63,237 nucleotides of DNA, filler included, from Reclinomonas americana ATCC 50394 (GCA_048213135.1; 14 parts of 14 records of this genome joined end to end with filler, not necessarily neighbours in it); one strand, 5' to 3'. Counted from the whole stretch's first letter, positions 16,179-31,221 are shown. Program-made: numbers and translations. The notes: generated from the letters alone by a model not told the origin.

Positions 16179-19100
16179 GATGAGTTCTGCAGCGGCTGGT
16201 GGCAGCAGCGGCGATGGTGGACCGAGGCCAGCGGGAATGTCCAACAGTGCGCCCTCTTCACGAGCCTCCTCGCGATCCTCGTCGCCAACTCTGGGCGGCA
16301 ACAGCGCCATGGCAGTGCTGTCGATCGCCGATCTGCTGCAAGTGGCGGCCATTGAAAACAAGTGGACAGTCGACCTGCTGGAGCACGTCACACGAGTGCT
16401 TTCGCGACAGGTTACGATCATCATCTCATCATGCGTGTCCAGTCTCTCTTTTTCTCTCGCTCACACGCACGGTGACACACACACACACACACAGTTCGGC
16501 AGTGTTCGTGAGTTGTGCGATCGGATTCGCGTGCTGATGGGCCAGGGAATCGCGGAAGAGTGCCTGCCTCCACTTGTGTTTGAGCAGATTGCGAGTTGTG
16601 TTCAGAGCAGTTGTCCATCGCGCACCCTTCCTGCTAATGTCCTCGAGAACAGCGGTTGGACGACACGTTCTTGGTCTGCCCATGATGGGTCTCATGCCGT
16701 CCAGTGCGTCGTCGTCTGCGCTGCAACAGCTTGAGCGACCGCGATCGCGACGGTACTCGGCGGCGCGTCGCAGTGCCCTGCTGAGCAGTGGTCAGCTGGC
16801 GGATGTCATGCTGGTGGTCAGTGCCTTCCCAGCAGAGTCGCCCGGCTGCGCGACACCGGACGGGGGTGAGTGTCGCTTTGCGGCCGCGGAGGAGTGGCGC
16901 ACGGCGGATGCGGTGAGCGAGAGCGCTGCACCGCGCGAGGACGCCAGTCTGCAGTCGCTGGTGAGCGAACTGGCGGTCAAACTGACGCTCTCCAGCGCAC
17001 AACAGGACCTCATTCTGTCGGTGGCCAAGTCGCGGGTTGGTGGCATTTACGTGCGGCTTGTTTGTGTCGCTCACCTGTGTTGCTCACGTGCTTCTGTAGT
17101 TTGCCACCGCTTCTGAGTTCCTGCGCGCAAATTGGGACGAGCTGGAGCAGTCTGGCTTGCATCCGTCGCCCGAGGCCGTGTATTGCAAGCCGTTGCCGCC
17201 GGTCTTGCTTCGTCGCATTCGCAGTTGCGATGCGCATGCACTTTCCATGAGATCCAGTGCCAAGCGCCGTGCACTCATTCTCACCGACGTCTCGCAGAAC
17301 ACCTGACCGACTCGGGAGCATTCGAGGCCGCTCGTGCCGGTGACTTGGAGGAGCAGGATGCGTCGTCGCCAGCCCTCCCGTCGCCTCCTCCGATACCCAA
17401 TGCGCAACCAGACTTGAGTGCGTCTTTGGTGTCGCTTGTGAGTGAGAGTGCCGACTGTGCCTCACTGCTCTTGTCGTCTGCAGGTGATGCCGCGCAGTCG
17501 CAACTATTCTTGAACTGCTGTGTGCGTAGTGTGGCACGACGTACTCTCTCATTCTACCGCGCGTGGGTCTGATCTGCTCTTCCTCCACAGCTGCTCGAGC
17601 AATACACAATGGTGTACGACGGGTCGATAGCCGAGTACATCAACAGGTCGCCGTTGGACGCGCACTCGCTGACCGGTGCCGTGCTGCTGCATGTGCTACC
17701 GCCCCACGAGTGCGCCTTGCCGCCGTACGTGATTGTCGCTGCGGAGGCGCGTGATATTGAGACGAACGACACGCTTGTTATTCTGCATGTGCCGCACGAC
17801 ACTGCTGCGCGTCTGCTGACCGAGGAAATTGGTGCCGGTGCGCTGTGCGTGTGCGTACGATTGCCTACTGGTTCAGAAAAAATAACTGCGATGTTTCTTC
17901 TCCAAACAGCGGCGGGCGCTCCACCTTTCTTCTGGTTCCTCGGCGAGATCATCAATCGGTGTTCGATTCTGTGCAATCTGCGTGAGCCTCGCACCACTCT
18001 GGTTGTCTCTGGCGTCCCCAATGTGAGTCGCTGCTGTGCATGCGCAAGTGGCACAGTGCCTAGTCTCTTACCATGCTCGGCAGCCGGGGTCGCACGACGC
18101 CATTCTGAACACACTGGCCCTCTGCAATCTCCCACTGCCTCGCATCGAGTATTATGACGGTTCGTTGCTTGCAATTGTACATGCCACCCCTCTCTTGCGT
18201 GTCACTCAACCGCCACGCGGCGCAGACCTGCGAGGAGGCGACTGCATCAAGCGGTACATGGCCAGTGAGCAGCGCCTTGTTGCGTCCGTTTCTTGTTGCG
18301 TTGCGTCGGCGGAAGTTCATCGTGAGGCACAGATTGATCTCAATCGATCCGTCAAGTCGGCAGCCATGCGTCTGGCCAAGCCCGGTGCACCGCCACGACC
18401 GCGAATACTGTGCGGACACGGACTTCCGCGGGTGGGTGACTCGGTGCGACCGATTATCAGCAGCTGTCGACGTGTGTTTACCGAGAATCCGTACGACTAT
18501 CGATTGGTGTTGTTGGGCGAGCGACTGGAGACGGTGGTGCAGGTACGCGTGCACACCACGATTCAGTCGCTTCACGATTCCCTCTCTCTCATGTCGCTGT
18601 GTGCGGGGCACATTCAGGTTCGCACCTCGACCGGCAGCTATGCGCGGATTGTGGAACGCACCACCACCTACTTGTTCATTGACGTGTTTTGCGACCCGTC
18701 GTCGGCGCCGGAAATGTTTGTTCTCGTGTACTCGGCCTTCGACACGGCGGAGCCAGTCAAAGTGGCGCTCTCGGCCGAGGTGACGATGCAATTTCTTTTC
18801 CGCAATCGTTGCAGCACTCACATGACTTTGTATGTGCGTGTAGGATGCTCCCGTCGGTCGTAGTCACCAGATTCTGTTTCACACACCACTCGAGTTGCTG
18901 GAGTTCATGAAGGAGCTGAGTCTCATGCTGTTCTTGGTCAGCGTACGCGAGCAGGCTGCCGTGTGGTTCCAGCTGCACGAGGTGTGTGCGCGTGTAGCCG
19001 GCCGCATTGGGAGACTTGTACTCACCACATCACGTCTCCAGTTTGTGATGCGTTCGTTGCAGGGACTCGCCGAGGTCTTGCCGGTGCGTTTCACTGCCTT

Positions 19101-21455
19101 TGTTGATTACACGGCATCTGCGACAGAAAAGCTCACCATCCTGCAGTGCGACTACCTCATGTTTCTACCGTACACGACGGAGATGATTCCGCGCAAGGTG
19201 TGTCGTCGGTGCATCCAGTCCCTTCTCATCCCACACATGTTGACACCACGTGTGCCATTTTTGCAGACACGCTGGTGGCCATGGCGCGACCCACATCACC
19301 GAGGCGGACTGCATTCGCGTCTCTCACGCCCCAAGACTGCCATGTCGCCGAGCCAAAGCCTGATCGCCGATCTGCTCGACAATCCGGCCAACTTTTCTGT
19401 TGCGTGCTCCTTTCTGCTGTCGTTGCGATTTGTAGATTCTCACGAGATGGGGTGCGCCGCTTGTATCAGCGATTCCACGAGGTCGCTGGTGGTACCCAGC
19501 TATACGCCATTCTCGAGTGGTATCTGCAGCATGCGTGGTTCAGTTCAATATTTGTGCGCAAGCTGCTGCAGAAGAAGCACTCGCAGCCGAAATCCATTGG
19601 TCTGTGCATTTCGTGGATTGCGATTTTTGTGTCTCGCGCAGCTGACATCTCCGTCGATGCAGCTGAGTTGGAGGGCTTTGAGGACTTTTCGGTGTTGTGG
19701 AACGAGCAACGATTGACCAAGATCGGAACGCAAATCGAACTGCTGCAGGAGGCCTTCCGCGTGTATCTCTACCTGACCACACCGCCTGTCGATGCTCACG
19801 ACCAGTGGACGGTGTTCCTGGTACAATGTGATTTGGCACAGGCAAATATGGGGGTTGCGTTGTCGTCGGATGTGAAACAAGGGTGTTTCATGTTCACTGT
19901 TGTCCTTGACGTCGAGGCTGACTGGCTGTTTTCCCTCCCGTTCAGCAAGTGGACTGTGAGCAGCACTACTCTCGCCGTGTGGCACGGTGTGCTCGATTGG
20001 TGCAAGAAAAAGCTGGCGAACTCGGCTACTTTAGCGACATTCGTGGCGAGGAGTTTGGTGTGCTGGAGCAGCTGTTTACCTCCATGCGCGGCCAGGAGGA
20101 TTATTGCGGCACACATGGCTCCGATCAGGCGGTTCGGAATCGCTTGAGTCACCAAGCGAGGAGTTGCGTGTGTGTGAGTATGCATCAAAGCAGCGTGCGA
20201 TTCACTCACGTGGTTCGCGGTAGTCGACTTGGGTGTGATCAACATTATTCGAGAGGTGCGCTATCGGCTGACACAGGAGGCGCAGTACGTTGGTACGTTT
20301 TCGTGTTCCACTTTGCAGTGCGATGTGTGTACTGATTGGCGTGCTTGCTGCAGTGGTCATTGGTCCGGCAGGAGTTTTGTGGCGTTGCTTTGTGTCGGTG
20401 GTGGTGGTGGTGGTGGCTTCATTCTTGCTGACACTTGCACACAGAGTGGCAAGTCGCAGCTCACACGCTTGTGTGACGTGGACTTTGTACCGATTGATGT
20501 CGTGCCGACAGATAGCGTTGCGTGCCAGTCGCACCAGTTCACGAAACCGTGCACTCTCGACTGACGTGTTTGCAGTTCTCAATACACAATCTGCTCCTCG
20601 ATGAGCTGACGGAAGCTCTCACGGTGGCTTTGGTCGACACGCCACCACTGGCCAGTCGCGGCGATTACTTTTGGAATCTGCGGCGAGTAGTCAACGCCGC
20701 CTCCTTTGTGGTGGTGGTGTGGCCCGACATTATCAACAATCCATTCGACGACGATGCCGACACTGACGAATGGCGCCGGTATTTGCAGTATGTTGCGTAC
20801 TTTCACTGCCGACCTGCGCGAGTTGTCCACAAGGTGATGACCGCGGTGGTGGTGGTGTTGGGTGCAGTTGTTCCAGTATTTCGACGGCCGTCTGCTGTGC
20901 TTGCTCAACAAAATGGACGAACGTGCACGCCAGTGTTATGTGCGCGGTGAGACGGCGGATGAGATGGCGCAAATGATGCGCGACGTGTATGCCGAGGAGT
21001 CGGCCAAACTCAGCGAGGCGACCAACTGCCCACACATCAGTCGCTTCCTCCGCATGAGCGTGCTCGACGACTCGGTACTGCAACTCAGTGCACCGCGTGC
21101 GACCATGTTTCGTGAGGCCTGTGACCGACTCGTTCGAGAGGTGCGATACCACACCACGCCCTTGCACTTGTTGCTCTCTCTCTCTCTCTCACTCTCTCTT
21201 TTCCCGCGCACAGCACGCTCACCTGCAGGTCGTCGGTCTGTCGCATGTCAAATCAATCATCACCCAGAGTCTCTTCGCCGTGCCGCCAACATTCTCATGA
21301 CACATTCGCAAGTGTACAACAACATGTGTAGCTATTCATACAAACACTTTACAAGGTCGTATTCAGTCCCGAACTATGCTGCATCACTAGCGTCTTCATC
21401 CGAGACACAGCGTCGGCCACCTGTAATGCGACACGATCAGCGGCAGGAGAAGTAA
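16179..21455 (+). CDS. Large multi-exon protein with a C-terminal P-loop NTPase (GTPase-like) domain
   Basis: Splicing out 20374-20444 gives YVVVIGPAG|SGKSQLTR (Walker A), followed by TVALVDTPP (G3-like) and ASFVVVVW; the upstream ~1000 aa are unrecognised. Confidence 0.6.
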
Positions 21456-21527
21456 GAAGGCAAGTGGAGATCGACAACGACAAACCAATGTGCTGGCGCC
21501 TAATGAATCGAGATCCCGTCGCACCTC

Positions 21528-24500
21528 GCTCAACATCTCGGGCGACGACACAGACCGAGTCTGTGCATGGTACGAGAGCCCAGATGCCGACCGATGTGAT
21601 TGCTGATCCGGCGATCCATCCTGTGACTTTTACGCCAGAATGAGCGACACACAACACAACTCCATTGATTTCAGGTTGCGGTGACTCACGCGTGACAGGC
21701 TGTGTATGGAAGCGCGATCGGCCTCCAAGGCCTCCACCGATCGGCGCAACAGATCGGCCTCCCGCTGTGTCGTGTTCAGCCGTGATTCCTTCTCCTCCAG
21801 TTCCGACGCAAGCCGTTCCACCTGCAACGTCAGTGCCACGATGCGATCGCGTTCCGCGGCGGCAGAGGTGTCACCCTCACTCTACGCCAGTTGACGCGTT
21901 GAGCAACGAACCGGAGCTGCACTCACAACCCACAGGGCAACCAACAACAACTACATACCGGGCGAGGTCTCCAGAGAGGTGTCCGCGACGTCTCATCCCG
22001 CCGACCAGCCAGCTGTCGTCGCAGATCGAGAACTTCGTCGGCCAGTCGGTCGCGCTCGGTGGAAATCTGACAAAGTGTGTGCCACGCACGTCAGGGAGGA
22101 CACGGATGCGAGTGCCATTCTGGGGAACACATTGTCATACCGCATCGATTCGCCGAATGAAATCCTGCCGCAGCCGCTCCAAACTCGACGAGTACGTCAT
22201 CGACTGCGTCTCTTGTCGCTGTGCCATCTCTTCATTGGCGGCCTCCAGTGCCTTGACTCTTCTTCGCAGCTCGCCACGTTCAGCGTCCAGACGCGACGTG
22301 CGCTCACCGACCGTCGACTGCGAAACAACACGAGTGTGAGCCAACAGCTATCGATACAGACGCCCGAAGNNNNNNNNNNNNNNNNNNNNNNNNNNNNNNN
22401 NNNNNNNNNNNNNTTAATTAATTAANNNNNNNNNNNNNNNNNNNNNNNNNNNNNNNNNNNNNNNNNNNNAGAGAGAGAGAGAGAGGCATGCACGTATCGG
22501 ATACTCACCGACTCGGCCTTGCCGCGCAGTTCCTGCGAGCGGCGCTGCGTGTTCTCCAGCTCGGCCGCCAGGTGACGCACCTTGGCACGGAGCTCTTCAT
22601 TGTCGCGTCGCTGCAGATCCATGTCGGTGAACTCGCGCTCCAATCGCTGCACAATTTGTTCGGTGGAGTCGAGTTTGTCGAGAAGCTGCAACGCACGTGC
22701 GCTGTCAGCACGAGCAACAGAGCGCCACAGAGTGGCATTCCAGCAAACACACACGCACTGCCTGATGCGAAGCCACAAGATCAGCGTTCTTGCCCTCCAG
22801 GACGAGCACCTTGCGCTGTGCTGTCTCCGCCTCCTGCGCCATCTGCGACAGCGAATGAGACACCACTCTACGGATGTGTGAAGTGAGGCAACGGAAGCAC
22901 AACAGTACCCGAGTGCGTGCCGTCTCGGCCTCGGTGCGTTGCACTTTGAGTGTCACCAACGAGTGCTCCGTGGCCTCCAACTGCGTCAGCACCTGTGTTG
23001 ATCGGATAGTCCATGTGAATAATCGTGCCGAGTGCTCGCCTGTGCAAGACGGCACAATCGAATACCTTTTCGCAGTCACTCGTCTTGACGGCCAGATCCA
23101 GTCGTGTTCGACGCAGCTGATCCTCCAGCGACTCGACTGCCGCGTGAAGCGTTCGCACCTCCTGAACCAACTGCACACAACACGGAGTACGTGAGTGCGC
23201 CTTGCACACGCTAGATAAGGAAGCTCACACGCCATGATAACGCACCGTCTCACGCTCGGCATTGATCTCAGCCGCAGAGCGCTCCGAACCGAGGCGCAAC
23301 TGCTCCTCGGCCACACGAAGTTCCTCCGAGGCTCGTTCCAGGCGACGTGACAGCTAACACAGCAGAGGGTGACAAGGCGTGAGCTTCTCATCTCCGTCTA
23401 CCACAGTGCATCTCTGTAGTCTGCACGCAACTCGGTCGCACTCCGCCTCCTTGTTGCGCAAGTCCGTTTGCAGTCCTTCCACAGTGGTGTCGACAGCACG
23501 GAGCGCAGCTCTGACGTCCTTGAGTTCCGATTGCAACTGCGAAGGCACACAAAGTAAGCTACGTGTATCGTTCTGTTGATGGCACAGAGCACGCCACTCA
23601 CCGCGTCGCACTCGTCCTCCCGAGACCGCAGCTCTTCGGCACGCATCGCAGCTTCGGCTTCAAACCGCGAGGCCGCTGCGCGTGCCTTGGCCACTTCGCT
23701 GCGCAGGTGCGCCATCTCCTCTTCATCGCCACCATTGTCGGCACGCCGCCGTGTTGATCGCTTGGCATTTACCAACTCTGCACGCACATCGGCGAGTTCC
23801 TTGCGCACCTGAAGCAGTGGCGTGTCAGGTAATCATTTGAAAATGCATCGATCGTCGGAAATGAGAATCAAACCTCTTCCAGCTCGGCGACAGACAGTTG
23901 CAGTTGACTGCGCGCACTCCGCACATCGACGCGCAGCTGTACACAACTCATGTGAGCACGAACAAAAGAGAGAGTTACTAGAAATGACGGCGAAGCGACA
24001 TGCCTGCTCGCTTTCGATTTCACATTCATCAGCGCGCTCACTCTCTCCCCTGCAGTCCTGCTGGCTCTGTGTTGTGCGGCACGATGAGCGAGGGGTACAC
24101 ACACGAGAGCGAGAAAGAGACAGAATGAGTTTTGTACCTTGGCCAGCGCTGACTCCAGTGAACTCGCCCGCTCTGCCTCTCGTGCAAGCTCTCCTCGCAT
24201 CTGTGCATAACAACAGTGAGACACAGCTGCTGTGTAAGAGGACGGTCGCCCTCACACATCACCAACCTGTTCCACAGTAGCAAGCGCCTCGCGGAGTTGC
24301 TCGCGTGCAGCATGATCATTCGAGGCAGCCTCGGTCAAGCGCGACACCTCCGACTGTGCCTGCTGTAGTGCTTGCTCACGGTCGGCCACCTGCTGCTCCA
24401 ACTCTGCGCAACGTTCTCGATCGCCACGCAGCGTCTGTTGCAACTGCGCTCACGGGAAACACACTATCTGTGAGCGCTAATGACGTTGCGGTTGAAAGCA

Positions 24501-27500
24501 ACGCCTCTCGCACCTCATCAATGAGCGCCGAACTGGCGGTTGACTTGCGATCGACCTCCTGCCGAAGATCAGCCCGCAGCTGCTTGACAACACAGGGTGT
24601 CAATAAACAAAACAAACGAGACGACATGGACGATGGAGATGTTCACCGTCTCTGCCAGTTCCTGGGCTCCACGGCGCTCGAAGCGAAGCTGAAGCGCGCC
24701 CCACAACACATACAGACATCAGTACACGCAGGCAGACAGACATGCAAGAGATATCAACCTCCGACTACAGCGCACCGTTTCGATGGTTGTCTCACTGTCG
24801 CGCAGAGCAGTGCGAACAGCGGACAGTTGCTGCAGCAGGTCGTGGCGCTCTTCTTGCAGCTACAGTCATCACCCCGAAGGAGTGGTGAGGCAAAAATAGC
24901 AGAAAATGAAAAAATGCACACAATACGCATGACGAGACCTTTTCCACGTCATCTTGCGCGCTGTTGGCTCGAATGGTCTCACGATTCAACTCGGCTCGCA
25001 ACTGCGCGCGCATTAGCCTGGGATATGAACACATGGCAAGACATGCCAACGCAACTCTCTCCAGCAGCAGATCAGTGTCTCTTGTCGACGTGCGTGGCTG
25101 CAATCGATTGGTATCAGCGCGCTCTCTCACACGAGACACACAGACAGACGAGGAGCGCAACTTGCGGCGACGACGGAGCACTTGGTGCGGTTCGCCGGTA
25201 CTGCTCAGCATTACCTCGCCGCTGCGCACAACAATCAGCACATGGAAGAATTCACCGACTGTCATTCCCCGACCGCAACGCAACAGCCACGGCACTCTGG
25301 TGTGCATCGACGAGCTCTGCCAGCAGAGCATCCAGCATGTCGTCGGTGGTCGCCTCTCGGTTGCGCAAGACACCCAACTGCGCCATGCAATGCGTGAATT
25401 CCACACAGACAAATTGCTGGTGACACAAGTCGCACCCAACAACACACGTACCGCGCGTGTGAGGCGAGAGTGCGCGACCTGTACTTGAGCCAGCGAATGC
25501 TCGAGCTGCGACCCGAACAAGTGGTGAGCGACGCAAGTGGAATGCAGCACGGCGATCTACGGAAGAAAGCACCTCATCGGCGTACTGCTGCGTGTCGACC
25601 ATCTCCTGCCGCACCTGTTGCATCGCGCGTGAGACTGACGAACACCAACAACACTCGGTGATTTGCGTACCCTCGCATACATGGCGTCTTGTGCCTCTTG
25701 TGCTTCGGTGATAACCTGGCGCAGCACAGTGAGTCAAGCAGAACGGCCGATGGCATTTCACATAGGCAAGGTCGACGCACTTGTTCGTGATCACTCTGCA
25801 GCTGCGCCAGTTCTGCGTGTGGCGAGAGCCGACAGAGTTATTCACCACGCATTTGGGGACAAAGAAAGATACAATCAGTGACACACCAGCCTGCCACTTG
25901 CCGCGGTCGCTCTCATATGCCCGTTCCGTGGCTGTCAACTCTGCGTTTTTTTCGAGTATGTGTGAGGAGATCATGCTCGCAGTGTGCGACTGCTTCTCGT
26001 ACGCCACGCTCAACTCAATTCCATCTCCGTGAATCGACTGCGCATCCGCTGCGATTCCGACACTGATCGCTCCAGCAGGCTGCGTGCACTCTCCAGCTCG
26101 GTCACATGGAGTTCCGACTGCAACACAAAGAACAACGCACAGTCAGCACGACGATCGAGCATGATGAAGCACACACACACACAAACGTACCCGTTCAGCC
26201 GCGAGTTGTGCGGCGTTCAGATCGCGTTCCAGAGCGCGACACTTGTCTCGCAGTACCTTCAGCTCGGCATCTTGTTGATCGGTGATATTCTGCTCGCGCT
26301 CCAAACTCTGTGCACACCCACACACAGCAGTGGTGAGTACGACGACATCACATGCCAACTCTGACGATGCTGCAGTGTCGCACCTTTTCGAGCTCGGTTG
26401 CTCGCAGACCCAGCCGATCACGTTCCATGGCGACCTCGTCCACTCGACCGCCCAGAGTCTGCTCCAGTCGGAGGCGGGCATTCTCACGTTCCTCGGACAG
26501 GCGCACGGCTGCCACCAGTTCTCCGCGCAACTCCTCGCACTTGGCATCGGCAGCCTCCAACCGACTGTCGCTCTGCTCCGCACGCTCACGCAGCACTTGC
26601 ACCTTCTTGTCGGCGGCGGCCAATCCTACCATGAGGGCGTGATTCTCCTGCTCCAGCTGTTTCACCTTTGACAGCGCCTCGTCTCGCTCCTCGGTCACAC
26701 GGCGAAGTGACTCGCGTACCGACTGCAACTGCTGCGACGCATCAGCGGCAGCCGCCAAAGCCGCTTCGTCGCGAATCAGCTTTTCTGTGAGCGCGTCCAC
26801 CGTCTGCTGCAGCGTCGTCGTGCGCCGCGTGTCAATCTCGACGCGAGCGGCGGTCGACGTCAGACGCTCCGTTGTCGACTGCAGCGTGCTCTCCATCTCC
26901 GCACACCGCGCCTTCCATTCGTGCAACTCTGCGCGACGACCAGGCGAGTGAGCAAATAGAGAAGAAGCTTCGAATCAGAAATAGATAACAACAACGCACC
27001 CTTGGTCAGCGTCTCGACTTCTGACTTGAGCGACGTGGCCCGGCTGACTGCCTGCTCGCATCCGATCTGGGCCTCCGCCAGTTCGGACTTGAGTCGTCCG
27101 TGCTGTGTCTCCTTGCTCACCAGCTCCGCCACCACCTTGTTGTAGCGCTCTTCCAACTGATGCTGCGCCTGCTCAGCCGTCCGAGTGCGGTCCTCCAGCA
27201 GCGACACCTGAGCGCTGGCATTGGCCAACTCCGACTGCATGTGCGCAAAGTCGTTGCGCATCTGCGCCAGTGTGTTCCTCTCCTCCTCCAGCTCGTCTTC
27301 GTGCTCACGCAGTTGGATTTCCAGCGTTCGGCGCAGCGCAGACAGGTGCGTGCACTCCTCCTCCAGGGAGTCACGTGCCTTTTCTGCACTGAGCAGGCGA
27401 CCCTTTGTCGTGGCATGCTCCTCCTGGAGCACCCGCAAGGCCTCCTGCGACTGCTGCGTGGTCTGCTCCATGCCAGAGTACAAGCCACAGCGCTGAATGA

Positions 27501-29939
27501 GGCTGTTCAGCTCCTGCTCACACACACACGCCGCATCAGCAACAACCAGGTTGGGTGGGAAGCACGAGGACACTCACTTCGGACTGTTCCGCGTGCTGCG
27601 CTTGCAAGTCGGACAAGCGGCGGCGTATTGACGTCAGCTCATGCGTCAGTGCGCCACGCGCGGCCGAGGCCTCGTGCAGTGAACTCTTGCAACTGGCCAA
27701 CTCGACGCGAACGTTGCCGAGCTCTTCCTTCAGTTGCCGGTTGGCAGACTCCAGTTCGTTGCGATGCCGCACGTGATAGTCGTCCGCATTCTTGGCCTCC
27801 TGCGTCTGTGACTCGGCCACTCGCAGCTGCACCACCAACTCGTGGTTGCGTGACTCGAGCGATGAAATGGCGGCCGTCAGCTCCTGCACATCGCGCACCG
27901 TGAGAACCACGAAGAAACAAGTGTAATCGTGCACAGAAAAAAACAAACCTCCACTCGCTTCTCCACCACCTGCCGTTGCTCGACCGCTCGCTGCGCCTGC
28001 GCGCGATTACGCTCGCTCTCTTCTTGCAGCGGGCGCAATTCGGCAATCACCAGCTCCGCATCGGCGAGCGCCGCTCGTGCCGAGTCACTAGCCGCCGTCT
28101 GCTGGCGCAAGCGGTTCTTGCATTCGTGCAGAGCGGCTTCGCTGCTCTTCACTCGTACCTCGAGATCGACGACGCGGGCATCCTGCTCCTTGCAGCGCTG
28201 CTGCAGCTCGGCCACGTGGGTTTCGGACTCGGCGAGGCGTGCAGAGTGCACACTCAGCGATGAGGTCGCCTCGATTAGCTGCATTGACTTGCTGTTGATC
28301 TCGACCTGCGTGGGAGAGAGGCACGGAGATGAGTGGGAGAGAGGCGACACAGCGAAGCGACAGTCGGCACTCAACTCGCAGCCGTTCGACCTCCTGACGA
28401 CACGTAACGCGGTCGGCTTCAATCGCATCCACTCGCGAAGCCAGTCGTGCACGCTCGTCAGACAGCTGTGCACGCCGAGACAGACAGATTAAAAAACATG
28501 TGAGGCCTTGCGTGCTCTCCCCCCTCTGCTGGCTGGCTCACTGACGCACCTCCTTGATCGACACGGTGAGCGCGTCACGCTCACTCTGCACCTGTCGCAG
28601 CTGAACCGCCGACTCCTCCGCTTGCCGCTCGAGGCGCCTACGAGCCAGCTNNNNNNNNNNNNNNNNNNNNNNNNNNNNNNNNNNNNNNNNNNNNTTAATT
28701 AATTAANNNNNNNNNNNNNNNNNNNNNNNNNNNNNNNNNNNNNNNNNNNNCTCCAGGTGCGTCTTGAGGCGTTCCAAGTTGCGCACGACCGACTCGTGCT
28801 GCTGCTGCTGCTCCCGCATCTTGTCCTCGTGGTACGTGATCCAGTTGCGCTCCATGTCGTTGACCTGCACGACACGAGAAGGTCAGCAAATGACAATCTC
28901 GGAATGAGCGAGTGAGCGAGCAATGATGGCGCACAGTTTCGTCATGCGTGTGCTTCAGCACATCGCTCATGCGCGCAGCGGCGTCGTCCTTCTTGCGGAG
29001 CTCCTTGCGCAGCAGCTGATTCTCGTTCTCTTTGGCCTCCAATTGCGCCTGCAAGCTCGTCAGCCGCGCACGATGCTCCTCCAGCTCACTGTGCGTGGAC
29101 GCCGCCCGACGATCGGCATCGGCGGCCGACAGTGATATCGAGGCGTAGCGCCGTTCATACCGCTCCGCCACCGCGGCTTTCTCATTGGTCAGTGACTTGG
29201 CGCGCACACACACACAGAGAGAAACTTAGTTGAGTCGTGGCGTGGATCGTGCAGTGCGCGCACACACAACCAATAACACACCTCCACCTCTGCACGCAGT
29301 CTCAGATTGTCGTCGTGCATGGTACTCAGCGCGGCGACCTCCTCCCGCAACGACGAATTCTCTCTTCGCAGCACATCCATATCACCGGCCATCTCACGCG
29401 CCTTCTCCTGCGCATTCTCCAGCTCCCGTTGCACCGACGCCTTTTCACGTTCCAGCGACTGCACCACCTCTCGCATGGCGGTATCCGCACCTTGCGCCGT
29501 CACCTGCGCACGCAACAGCTGGAACCGCGATCGCTCCGAGCTCAACGCGCTCTTTGTCTCGCTCAGCTCGTGCACCAAGTACCGTCGCGTCATCTCCGAC
29601 TTGTCAAGCATCGATGCCAGCTCCTGCGTGGCCAGTCGCGAGGCAGCAACGCTCATCGGCGACGCCACTGTCGCCATCAGCGGCTTTTCATCCTCGACCG
29701 ACACATCGACGCCATGACGCGATGCCTTTCGATCGGGCGGCGATCGACTCAATCGCTCCTGCGCAGCCGGTGTGCGCGGGTGTCCCAGTGGAGAGTATCG
29801 CCCTGCAAAGAGAGACGCGTGTGAGTGCCAGTGAACGGAAAACAGACGCGCGCACGTGACAACCGACCGTCGGTGAGCGACGCGCCCGAGTACAGTGACG
29901 GAGTCCGCGCGCTGCTGGTGACACGAGACGAGGAGCCAT
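21528..29939 (-). CDS. Very long coiled-coil protein (possibly centrosome/basal-body or cytoskeletal), many exons, spans two gaps; ends approximate
   Basis: About 8 kb of minus-strand exons with heptad-rich E/R/L/A/Q sequence (e.g. LSALRRTLEIQLREHEDELEEERNTLAQMRNDF; VQSLEREKASVQRELENAQEKAREM). Confidence 0.75.
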
Positions 29940-30052
29940 TGCCCTTTTTTTTNNNNNNNNNNNNNNNNNNNNNNNNNNNNNNNNNNNNNNNNNNNNTTAA
30001 TTAATTAANNNNNNNNNNNNNNNNNNNNNNNNNNNNNNNNNNNNNNNNNNNN

Positions 30053-30382
30053 TTTGACACCACACAACAGAATCATCGCGTGAATGGGATGTGTGTGTGT
30101 GCACGAGTGGGCGATGTCACACGCACACACCAGCAACATGGCAGACAGCTCGCCTGTGCTCGCCACCAACGATCGCGCTGCGGCGGTGTCTGAGGAGGAG
30201 AATGCACCGCTGAGCAGCAGTGGTCCATCGACCGAGTCGCGCACTGCAGAGGCCTCTGCTGCTGTTGTTGTTGTTGTTGTCGTGCGAGAGTGGCGACTGC
30301 TTTCGTCGCCATCGTGATCGACAAAGGCGGCGAGTGCCGATACGCCACGACGATAGGCGTGACGAGGATCGCTGCTCTGCAT
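30053..30382 (-). CDS. Probable first exon (MQSSDPRHAYRRG...) of a minus-strand gene, possibly the N-terminus of the long coiled-coil gene
   Basis: Open frame from an ATG near 30382 running toward the gap, on the same strand as the coiled-coil gene. Confidence 0.35.
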
Positions 30383-30533
30383 GCTCACGACACTGAAAAG
30401 ATGGTTGTCCTGCGACGTTTTTCGATCGACGTCGGTGCCAACGTGCTGCAGGAAGCCCAAGTCCTTCGCTGACGCCTGTCAGCCGCCGGGTTGTAACCCA
30501 GCGAACAAGGAGGTCATGTGTGTTATTCTACAT

Positions 30534-31168
30534 TTAGTGGCGAGACGAGAAAATGGTCCTCCGCCGGAACGATGAGCGTTCGCCCTCGTCGAAGAAGAGC
30601 TGCATGGCCTTGCGAAACCTGCACGAAGGCAACGTCGATCGATATCGACGTCGTGTGAGTTGCAGCCACAGGGGAAAAAGAGATCGCTCGACTCAACTCC
30701 TCGTACGTTAGCTCCTCTGTGCTGCCGCCGGCTGTCATTAGCCGCATGAATTCGTACTCCACACTGCACGTTGTCACTTAGGCGAGCGATCGAGAAACAT
30801 TGTAAGCGACTGCCCGAACCGTAAAGGCGTGAGAATGACCTTGTCCGAGTGCCTCATCGCGTTGCGCAACACCAGCAATGCCTGTGTCACCCGATATATC
30901 AGTTGCAAGGCAGCTATCGCCCGATCCCGACACTCCGTTCCATACCTCGTCGGCACTGATGGTGCCGCTCTTGTCCATGTCGGCGGCCTCAAACATGACT
31001 GGAAGGAGAACAATGAACACAACCGCGAGTGTGAGACAGGCGAGCATGCAAGTNNNNNNNNNNNNNNNNNNNNNNNNNNNNNNNNNNNNNNNNNNNNTTA
31101 ATTAATTAANNNNNNNNNNNNNNNNNNNNNNNNNNNNNNNNNNNNNNNNNNNNTAGAGCAGTTCTTGT

Positions 31169-31221
<53 letters not shown>

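Noticed and set aside
21665..29859. Many long + strand ORFs opposite the coiled-coil gene, and similar antisense ORFs elsewhere
   Set aside because: Shadow ORFs expected from GC-rich, codon-biased coding sequence; no protein-like motifs.
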